32,000 nucleotides of DNA, from contig LT962688.1 of the NCBI GenBank assembly GCA_900234795.1, positions 660,001-692,000 on the forward strand. Reading direction: 5' to 3'. The first letter of the stretch is position 1; each line of letters starts with the position of its first letter. Of this stretch, positions 25,245 through 32,000 are shown piece by piece. The stretch is from Methylorubrum extorquens. GTDB taxonomy: Bacteria > Pseudomonadota > Alphaproteobacteria > Rhizobiales > Beijerinckiaceae. A model generated the notes under the pieces. That model had not been told where the DNA came from, did no database searches, and saw only the letters and a list, made by a program, of their open reading frames with translations. The translations under genes were made by a program, and so were the position numbers.

Positions 25245-26480
25245 TCAGGCGCCGCGCACAGTCATGTCCGGGTTGAGATCGAGCCAGCGGCGTTCGCGGG
25301 CGGCCCGGTAGAGCGCCTCGATCAGGCGCACGTCGCGCAGGCCCATCTCGCCGGGCGTGCTGATCTCCGTGCCCTCCGTCACGGCCTGCGAGAAATGGTC
25401 GATCTCGCCGGTGAACTGGGCAGCACTCGTCTCCTTCGTCAGGATTTCCTCTGCTCGCTTCGCGTTTGAGACGACGAGGCGGTTGTCCTGGTAGGCGGTG
25501 GCTGGATCGAGGGTGGCAACGAGCCGGTCGCCCCAGAGATCGATCCGCTTTTTGTTGGCCATGTAGCCCGAGGAGATCGTCGCCCGCCGGCCCGAGGGGA
25601 AGGCGAGTTCGGCGGTGAACACATTCTCGACCTCCGCGAAGCGGGGATCGTCGGGCGGCGCCTGCATCGACGCCGCGACGGCGTTCGGGCTCTCGCCGAA
25701 GAACCATTGCAGCCCGTTGAGACTGTAGATCCCGATATCGACGAGCGAGCCGCCGCCGGCCACCGACCGTTTCATCCGCCACTGGTCGCGGGGAAGCGCG
25801 GGGTCGAGGGGCCGGTGATGGTCGGACGTCGCGAACCAGACCTGTCCCAGTTCGCCCGCGTCGAGCATCTCCTTGGCGCGGAGGTTGTGCGGCTCCCAGT
25901 GCGCCCGGTAGGCGATCATCAGCTTGCGGCCGGCGGCCTTGGCGGCGTCGATCATCCGCTGGCACTCGGCCGGCGAATTCGCCATCGGCTTCTCGCAGAA
26001 GACGTGCTTGCCCGCCTCGAACGCCTTCACCGTCAGCTCGGCATGGGTGGAATTGGCCGTGACGATGTAGACGACGCCGACCGCATCGTTCTCGGCGAGC
26101 CGGCCCATGGTGTCGTAGCCGTAGAGCGCACTCTCCTTCACGCCGTAGCGCGCCGCCACGCCCTTCGCCTTCTCGGCGCTGCCCGAGACGAGGGCGACTG
26201 CCCGGGAGCGGCGGGCACGGGCGAGGGCGGGCAGGACATAACCCTGCGCGTAATCCCCGAGGCCGACCACCGCCCAGCCGACCTGGCGGTCGAGCGGCAG
26301 AGGCGGCTCCGCCTCCAGCTTCGGCTCGGGCCGCCCGACCGGCCCGGTCGGGATACTGCTCCCACCGCCCTGCGCGGCGGCGCGGCTGCCGGCGATGGCG
26401 GCGCCGAGGCCGGCGGCTCCTCCGGCCAGGAACAGGCGGCGGGAGTGAGAGGGAATGCGCAAACGGAGGTCTCCTGGCAA
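25245..26480 (-). CDS. Periplasmic Gfo/Idh/MocA-family oxidoreductase with a Tat signal (glucose-fructose-oxidoreductase-like)
   Basis: The twin-arginine leader is SRRLFLAGGAAGLGAAIAGSRAAAQ. Also present are the Rossmann VGWAVVGLGDYAQGYVLPAL and the family EKP motif FCEKPMA. There is no ATG start: TTG 26480, or TTG 26462 with GGAGA 6 nt upstream. Confidence 0.85.
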   Translation of the reverse strand: MPGDLRLRIPSHSRRLFLAGGAAGLGAAIAGSRAAAQGGGSSIPTGPVGRPEPKLEAEPPLPLDRQVGWAVVGLGDYAQGYVLPALARARRSRAVALVSGSAEKAKGVAARYGVKESALYGYDTMGRLAENDAVGVVYIVTANSTHAELTVKAFEAGKHVFCEKPMANSPAECQRMIDAAKAAGRKLMIAYRAHWEPHNLRAKEMLDAGELGQVWFATSDHHRPLDPALPRDQWRMKRSVAGGGSLVDIGIYSLNGLQWFFGESPNAVAASMQAPPDDPRFAEVENVFTAELAFPSGRRATISSGYMANKKRIDLWGDRLVATLDPATAYQDNRLVVSNAKRAEEILTKETSAAQFTGEIDHFSQAVTEGTEISTPGEMGLRDVRLIEALYRAARERRWLDLNPDMTVRGA

Positions 26481-26596
26481 AGGGTCGAAGGCGTCGCGGC
26501 CTTAACCGGCAACGCCCGACTCGCGCCTTCCGTGCTGCGTCATGATGTCATCAACTCAAGGTAGAACAGCGCGCCGGGCGGACCTCCGGTTGCCCG

Positions 26597-27037
26597 TCAA
26601 CTTCGCGGGGTCGGGCGCCAATCCTCGGGCGCCATCTCGAAACCGGAGAACTCGAAGCCCGGCGAGACCGTGCAGCCGACGAGCGTCCAGGCGCCGAGGC
26701 TGGTCGCCGTCTGCCAGTGACCCGCGGGCACCACGAGTTGCGGACGCTGGCCGCGCAGGAGGTCGGGCCCGAGATGGTGGGCGGAGGCGTCATGGCCGTT
26801 GGGGCTCATCGTGATCACCATCGGCGCGCCGGCATGCCAGTGCCAGATCTCGGCGGCGTCCACCCGGTGCCAGGCCGAGGTCTCGCCAACCCCGAGCAGG
26901 TAATAGATCGCGGTGCCGACCGAGCGCCCCTCCACGGTGCGTGGGTCGCGAAACGTCTCGCGGTAATGCCCGCCCTCCGGGTGGAGCTTCAACCCAAGGG
27001 CGTCGATCACCTGCGCGGCCGTCAGCGTGTCGCTCAT
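26597..27037 (-). CDS. DUF985 cupin-superfamily protein
   Basis: LKLHPEGGHYRETFRD...TAIYYLL...SAWHRV.AAEIWHWHAG...VVPAGHWQ..........VGCTVSPGFEFSGFEMA is the DUF985 pattern. ATG 27037 overlaps the upstream stop (ATGA). Confidence 0.8.
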   Translation of the reverse strand: MSDTLTAAQVIDALGLKLHPEGGHYRETFRDPRTVEGRSVGTAIYYLLGVGETSAWHRVDAAEIWHWHAGAPMVITMSPNGHDASAHHLGPDLLRGQRPQLVVPAGHWQTATSLGAWTLVGCTVSPGFEFSGFEMAPEDWRPTPRS

Positions 27038-28707
27038 GGCGTTTCTTCTTCCCTCTCGTCGCAGCGGACCAGCCAACCGCGATAATGCACCAGCAGCCCC
27101 AGGAACGGCAGGAACAGGGCCACATCGAAGCGGAAGCGGCCCTGCGCATCGACCCGCTCGCTCGCCTGCGTCGTCGGCCGCAAGAACCGCGGCAGGGGCA
27201 GTGGGCCGAACCGCCAGCCCGTCACCGCCATGTCGAGCCCGTCGGCATGGGCCCTCACCGCGAGATCCATCGCGAACGGGCCGAAATGCTCGCGCACCCG
27301 CCCGCTCCCGTCGGGGCCGGCGCACTGCATCCGGCTGGCGAAGCGGCGATCCGGAAAATGACGCGTCCAGCGTTCCGAGCGAGCGTCGAGGTCGGGCTCC
27401 ATCGTCACGCGGATCGGCCCATCCTCCAGGGCGGGCGGCAACCGGAACAGCCCGGCGACGAGCGCGACCAGAGATCCACGCCCGCGCACCACCGCGGCCC
27501 GGCCGCGAAAGGCGCCATCGCCCACCGCACCGTGCACGGCGCGCAACGCCTCGGGCATCCGCGCGAAGCCGTCCCCGAGCACCCGCTCGAATAGCGGCAC
27601 GGGGTGATCGATGTCGCGGCGGGTGCGGATGGCGAGGCGCGCCATCTCCGCCTCGATCGCTTCGAGCGGCAGAACGCCGACGCAGGGGCGGGCGCCGGGC
27701 GGAATCGGCGCGGCGGACGGATCGGTGAGCCGGCGGATCGCGGCGAGCGCGGGCAGGGTCGGGACATAGGGCCCGTCGCCGGCCTCCGCGACGAGGCTCC
27801 ACACGGCGCGGACCGGCCGCCCGGTCGCGTCGGTTCCCAAAGCCTCGACGCTCATGCCGCCGCGGTCGCTGCCGAACCGGTCGAGCCCGCCGGCCATCGC
27901 CAGGAAGGGGCGGGCGAGGGGCACGAGCGAGGGCAGCAGCCGCCAGCGCACCGGCAGGCTCGCGAGGCTCAGGCCCAGATGCAGCAGGGGCAGTTCGAGC
28001 CCGGCGCGGAACAGGGCCGTGCGCAGCGTGGGGAAACGGGCGGGAAGGATGTCGAGGTCGGGCGTCTCGCACAGGCTGGCGAAGCGCCGGCCGAGGCCCG
28101 GCACCGCGATCCGGCTGAGCAGGCCCCAGCCGGGTCGGTTCTGCCACGTGCCGGCCCGCAGCACCCGCACCGGCTGCCCGGCATAGGAGAGGATCGCCCG
28201 CATCACCGAGAGGCCGCGCGGCGCCCGGTTACCCGGCACGATGGCGACCCGCACCGTCTCGACCGTGCGCCAGCCCGCGGTGAGCGCGTCGAGCGCCGCA
28301 TTCGACAGGGCCGGGGTCGAGCTGGCACCGGTCAGCGCAACGACGCCGTTGGCCCGCGCTGCCGCGTCGAGGGCGGGGAAGGCCGCCACGAAGTCGCGGC
28401 CGTCGGCAAGGTCGAGATAGGGCAGGCCGGCTTCGATCGCCGCGCGGGCGAGCACCGGCGCCCCGCCCTGGAACGGCCCTGCCGCGTCCACCACGACCGT
28501 CGCGCCGAGTGCCCGCAACTGCGCTGCATCCACCTCCGTCGCGTCGAGGCGTGCCGCCCGCGCGCGTCCGTCCGGCACGGTGCGGGCCACAGCCTCCGCC
28601 TTGGCGACATCGCGGCCGGCAACGATCACGCGGAGATCGGTGGTCGCGGCGAGCCCGGCGACGAGCCGCGACCCGAAGGCGCCGGCCCCGCCCACCACGA
28701 GGATCAC
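27034..28707 (-). CDS. Saccharopine-dehydrogenase-like NAD(P)-binding domain fused to a DUF4166-like C-terminal domain
   Basis: Rossmann N-terminus (V)ILVVGGAGAFGSRLVAGL...RVIVAGRD...VVVDAAGPF. The C-terminal ~200 aa are of the type annotated DUF4166. The start GTG 28707 lies 8 nt after the upstream stop and is uncertain because the SD GGAG is only 2 nt away. Confidence 0.7.
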   Translation of the reverse strand: MILVVGGAGAFGSRLVAGLAATTDLRVIVAGRDVAKAEAVARTVPDGRARAARLDATEVDAAQLRALGATVVVDAAGPFQGGAPVLARAAIEAGLPYLDLADGRDFVAAFPALDAAARANGVVALTGASSTPALSNAALDALTAGWRTVETVRVAIVPGNRAPRGLSVMRAILSYAGQPVRVLRAGTWQNRPGWGLLSRIAVPGLGRRFASLCETPDLDILPARFPTLRTALFRAGLELPLLHLGLSLASLPVRWRLLPSLVPLARPFLAMAGGLDRFGSDRGGMSVEALGTDATGRPVRAVWSLVAEAGDGPYVPTLPALAAIRRLTDPSAAPIPPGARPCVGVLPLEAIEAEMARLAIRTRRDIDHPVPLFERVLGDGFARMPEALRAVHGAVGDGAFRGRAAVVRGRGSLVALVAGLFRLPPALEDGPIRVTMEPDLDARSERWTRHFPDRRFASRMQCAGPDGSGRVREHFGPFAMDLAVRAHADGLDMAVTGWRFGPLPLPRFLRPTTQASERVDAQGRFRFDVALFLPFLGLLVHYRGWLVRCDEREEETP

Positions 28708-28715
28708 GGCTCCGT

Positions 28716-29588
28716 TCAGGGAATCGCCCCCTGCGGCAAGGCCGAGCCCGGCATCCGCGGCGGCGTGAGATTCTGCGGTGCGCCGCCGGTCGGGGGCTGC
28801 ACCGCCCGGCCCACGCTCGCGGCTTTCGCGGCCGCCTGCGCAGCGGCCTTGGCAGCCTTTTCCGCCTTCTCCGCCTCCGCCGCGACAGCTTCGGGGGTCG
28901 GCGCCATGCGGCGGGCCTTCGGCGGCGGCAGGAGCTTTCCCGAGGGCGCGGTGCCGCATTCGAGGAAGCGCAGCTCGGCCAGGGGCTTGCCCGTCTCTGC
29001 GTTGATCGGCAGGCTGTCGGGGAGGGCCACGATGGAGGCATCCCACTGGATCCGGCCGCCGATGGTCCCCTCCAGCGTAGCCGGCGACGCACCCCGGCGC
29101 AGGGACAGCAGGTCCGGCCCGTAGGCGGTGGCGACCTTGCCGGCGACCACGACCTGCAGCACGCGGGTCACGTCGGGCGTCAGCGGACGCAGGGGGTTGT
29201 CGATGGTGATGCGGCCGCTGCGGGTCACCCATAGCTCAAGGTTCTTGTCGCCCTGATAGCGGACCGCCTGGCCCGGATCGCAGGCGACCGGCGGCGCGGC
29301 AAAGTTCATCCCCGTGGGCGAGGGGACGGCGGAGGGAATCGGGCTTGCGGCCGGCTCGGCGGGCGGCGTGTCGGCGGCTTTCGCGGGCGCGGTCTCGGCC
29401 GGCGCGGGTTTGGCCTGCGGCTTCGGGCGGGGCTTGGGCCGTATCTTGCGCTTGGGTGCCTCCGGCACCGCCTCGGCGGGGGCCGGGTCCGGGGCCGCCT
29501 CGTCCTGTGCCTCGACCGTGGACACCAGGCCGGGAACGAGCGCCATCCAGACCGCCGCGACGGCGGCGAGCAGGCCGACCCGCCTCAT
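28716..29588 (-). CDS. Secreted protein with a TonB-like Pro/Lys-rich spacer, a 2-Cys globular domain and an Ala/Lys-rich tail
   Basis: Signal peptide MRRVGLLAAVAAVWMALVPGLVSTVEA-QD, then PKRKIRPKPRPKPQAKPAPAE..., then a ~140-aa region with Cys at VACDP and LECGT, then AEAEKAEKAAKAAAQAAAKAA. ATG 29588 overlaps the upstream stop (ATGA). Confidence 0.65.
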   Translation of the reverse strand: MRRVGLLAAVAAVWMALVPGLVSTVEAQDEAAPDPAPAEAVPEAPKRKIRPKPRPKPQAKPAPAETAPAKAADTPPAEPAASPIPSAVPSPTGMNFAAPPVACDPGQAVRYQGDKNLELWVTRSGRITIDNPLRPLTPDVTRVLQVVVAGKVATAYGPDLLSLRRGASPATLEGTIGGRIQWDASIVALPDSLPINAETGKPLAELRFLECGTAPSGKLLPPPKARRMAPTPEAVAAEAEKAEKAAKAAAQAAAKAASVGRAVQPPTGGAPQNLTPPRMPGSALPQGAIP

Positions 29589-30016
29589 CGGGCTGCCCGG
29601 TCCTTCGTCTCGGACGGCCGCAGCGCGTCCGGCTCGAGCGCCTGCTTCAGCACTTGGTTCTGCTGGTCGAGAAGTTGATCGAGCATCCGGCTATCGAGTT
29701 CTTCCGCTTTGAACTTTCGGGGCTCTCCGCCCTTGGGCGGATCGACCGTTTCGCCGTCGACGACGTGACCGTCAATGATATCGCCATCGATCAGTTGGGC
29801 ATCGAGTAATCGGGCGTCGAGCACTTGCGCCCCGCGGTCGATCGGGCTGGGCTGGGACGGGGTCAGCGCCTTCACGACGGCGTCCGCATCGTCGTCCCAT
29901 TCCTCCTCGCGAGGAAGGCGCAGGGGCGGCCGGCGCGGCCCCTTGGAGAGCGTTACCACGAAGACGCAGGCGAGCAGGGTCGCCGCCGCCGCGGCAAGGA
30001 TCACCAGGGTTTCCAT
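29585..30016 (-). CDS. Single-pass membrane-anchored protein with an acidic 5-residue-periodic segment
   Basis: I prefer ATG 30016 (METLVILAAAAATLLACVFVVTL = N-terminal TM helix). The upstream part of track ORF ..30166 is featureless. The protein contains VLDAR LLDAQ LIDGD IIDGH VVDGE TVDPP. Confidence 0.5.
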   Translation of the reverse strand: METLVILAAAAATLLACVFVVTLSKGPRRPPLRLPREEEWDDDADAVVKALTPSQPSPIDRGAQVLDARLLDAQLIDGDIIDGHVVDGETVDPPKGGEPRKFKAEELDSRMLDQLLDQQNQVLKQALEPDALRPSETKDRAAR

Positions 30017-30277
30017 GATCGGCCCGACCTTAGACCGGTTCGCGCGCCGTTGCACGCGCAGCAGGCTTCGGCCTCGCCGAGCCAGCGCGTAGGGAGAGGG
30101 CGAGGGTCGGAGGCCCGTTTCGCGATCGAGGCTGTGCGATCCCGCCGACATCTCGCCCCTCCACAACCCGGTCTACCCCCCTTGCCGGAACGGTCCTTGC
30201 GTCTCGGGCCGAAGGGTGAGAACCGCGTAATTGCCGCCGTCCGACGGTCACCGGCCGCTCACGTCCAGGAACGCTCG

Positions 30278-32000
30278 ATGCCCCTCGAAGACCCCCGCTC
30301 CGGCCCGCCGCAGCCCTCGACGCACACATCCGGGCACCCGACGACGGCCGCGCCCGCACGGCCCGCGGATCGCGATTTGGAAGCCGAGCTTCTCGAACTC
30401 GTCGCCCGCACCCGCGAGCAGGCGAGCGAGGACCCGTTCCGCAACCCCGTTCTCGCCGTGACGCTGGCCATTACCCGCCAACTCGACCGGGACGAGATCG
30501 GCGAACCGGATCTCGACGCCCTGCTCGCCACCCTGCGGCGGCGGGCGCTGACAGACCGGGCCGAGCGGCTGCGCGCCTATGTCGGCCTCGACGCCGACGC
30601 CGCCACGGGGGAGGCGGCGCCCGCGGTTGAGGTCGCGAACCGGCTCGTGGCGGCGGTGGCGCGGGGCTCGGGCGATTTCGAGACGTTCCGCGAGCGCGTC
30701 GGCCGCACCGCTTTTGCGGCGGTGTTCACGGCGCATCCGACCTTCGGCATGCCGCGGGCCGTGGCCGCGTTGATCGCGCGGGCCGCCTCGCTCGCCGACG
30801 CCGACCGGCGCGCGCCGATCATCGGCGAGGCCGCCGCCCGCTCGACCCGGCCCGATCCGCAAATCAGCCTCGACGACGAGTTCGAGCAGGCCTGCGTCGC
30901 CGCCAACCACGGCCGCGCGGCGATCGACGCCTTCAACGGCGCGATCCTCGATGCCGCCCGCGCCCGCTGGCCGGATCGCTGGACCGAGTTGGTGCCCAAG
31001 CCGCTGGCCATCGCGAGCTGGGTCGGCTGCGACACCGACGGTCGCACCGATATCGGCTGGTGGGACACGATGCGCTACCGGCTGATTTCCAAGCGCATGC
31101 AGTTCGACCGGCTGATGCGCGAGCTGCCCAACATCCCCGCCACCCGCGTGGTGCGCGAGCTGACCGCGGGGGCGCGGGACGCCGTCGAGCGTCAGCTCGC
31201 GGGCGCGCCGCTGCTCGGCACCAAGCCCTCGCTGGAGGCGGTCCACCGCTTCGCGCTGGCCCTCATCATCGAGCGCGAGCGGGCGCAGACCGATGCCGGG
31301 CCGATCCTGGCCGGGCTGGCCGCCGCGATCGGCGCCGCAGAGACCGATGCGGACCGCCGCGCCATCGCCGTGCTGCGCTCCGGCATCGCCGCCCACGGCC
31401 TCTCGAACGCCCTGCCGCATTTCCGGCTCAACGCCAGCCAGATCCACAACGCGGTGCGCCGGGTCATTGATCTGGAGGGCGAGCCGACCGACGCGGCGCA
31501 GAGGCGCTCGCACCTCTCGGCAATCAACACGCTGCTCAACGACGTGCGCCCTGTGCCCGTCGATTTCGGGGCGCTCGCGGCCGAGCGCGCCTCGGCCGCG
31601 CGGCTGATGATGACGATCACGCAGATCCTCAAGCATGTCGACGGCACCCACCCGGTGCGCTTCCTCATCGCCGAGACCGAGACCGGCTACACCCTGCTCG
31701 CCGCACTCTGGCTCGCGCGCCATTACGGCATCTCGGACAAGCTCGAAATCACGCCGCTGTTCGAGACCGCGAGCGCGCTCGAACAGGGCATCCGCGTCCT
31801 CGACGACGCCCTGCGCAACCCGCATTGGCGGGCCCACCTCAAGCGGCTCGGCCGGCTCTCGGTACAGTTCGGCTACTCGGATTCCGGGCGCTATGTCGGC
31901 CAGTTGGCCGCGACCTTCTGGATCGAGCGCCTGCGCCTGCGCATCACCGAGCTGATGACGCAGAACGGCCTGTCCGATATCGAACTCGTCATCTTCGACA
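30278..32000 (+). CDS. ppc: Phosphoenolpyruvate carboxylase, N-terminal 574 codons; continues beyond the window
   Basis: Not in the ORF track because it has no stop in the window. I translated the frame by hand from ATG 30278 (AGGA 7 nt upstream) to 31999 without meeting a stop. PEPC signatures are present: AAVFTAHPTF, LEITPLFETASAL, VQFGYSDSGRYVGQLAA. Confidence 0.85.
   Translation, partial: MPLEDPRSGPPQPSTHTSGHPTTAAPARPADRDLEAELLELVARTREQASEDPFRNPVLAVTLAITRQLDRDEIGEPDLDALLATLRRRALTDRAERLRAYVGLDADAATGEAAPAVEVANRLVAAVARGSGDFETFRERVGRTAFAAVFTAHPTFGMPRAVAALIARAASLADADRRAPIIGEAAARSTRPDPQISLDDEFEQACVAANHGRAAIDAFNGAILDAARARWPDRWTELVPKPLAIASWVGCDTDGRTDIGWWDTMRYRLISKRMQFDRLMRELPNIPATRVVRELTAGARDAVERQLAGAPLLGTKPSLEAVHRFALALIIERERAQTDAGPILAGLAAAIGAAETDADRRAIAVLRSGIAAHGLSNALPHFRLNASQIHNAVRRVIDLEGEPTDAAQRRSHLSAINTLLNDVRPVPVDFGALAAERASAARLMMTITQILKHVDGTHPVRFLIAETETGYTLLAALWLARHYGISDKLEITPLFETASALEQGIRVLDDALRNPHWRAHLKRLGRLSVQFGYSDSGRYVGQLAATFWIERLRLRITELMTQNGLSDIELVIFD

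Noticed and set aside
27604-29124. 506-aa plus-strand ORF, and the upstream part of 26597..28147 and of 27034..29232
   Set aside because: These are shadow or out-of-frame extensions. The real genes are delimited by the ATGA overlaps and the Rossmann or signal-peptide N-termini.
30248-31837. 529-aa minus-strand ORF
   Set aside because: It is the antisense shadow of the PEP carboxylase gene, and its composition is nonsense-like.
1-32000. Search for CRISPR arrays, IS elements, integrases, tRNA/rRNA genes and defence or toxin-antitoxin modules
   Set aside because: I saw no regularly spaced direct repeats, no transposase or recombinase-like translation and no cloverleaf-like conserved tRNA sequence on reading both strands. 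The HTH-cupin pair superficially resembles a two-gene module, but the cupin has ordinary metal-binding motifs and not a toxin fold. A covariance-model scan could still find small RNAs I missed.

Overview
This is a 32-kb, very GC-rich (about 70% by eye) chromosomal segment. Its gene content (acpXL very-long-chain fatty-acid cluster, PAS/GAF HWE-type histidine kinase, DUF1127, IbpA-type small heat-shock gene behind a ROSE-like leader) suggests a Hyphomicrobiales, Methylobacterium-like alphaproteobacterium; that taxonomic guess is inference. I call 34 coding loci, counting the kinase and its receiver separately: 32 CDS and 2 pseudogene or remnant calls. I also call one clear intrinsic terminator and a few candidate regulatory sites. 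I recognised no rRNA, tRNA, CRISPR array, transposase, integrase or phage gene by eye. Most of the longest ORFs in the track are antisense shadow ORFs typical of high-GC DNA and were discarded. Conversely, a real gene (PEP carboxylase, 30278 to the window end) is missing from the track because it has no stop inside the window. The main items worth a second look are: (1) a hybrid HWE kinase separated from its own receiver domain by a 1-nt slip in a C7 run; (2) a signal-less RTX protein with a metzincin-like head carrying HEXXHXXGXXE, followed by three tandem jelly-roll-like repeats, with no type I secretion genes nearby; (3) a translationally coupled four-gene operon of unknown function (TM-anchored repeat protein, TonB-like Pro-rich secreted protein, saccharopine-dehydrogenase/DUF4166 fusion, DUF985 cupin); (4) a non-canonical acpXL lipid A VLCFA cluster with a coupled SDR and a displaced Zn-ADH, 2.3 kb downstream of a Kdo hydroxylase gene. 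All family assignments come from motif recognition in the translations; no database search was run.
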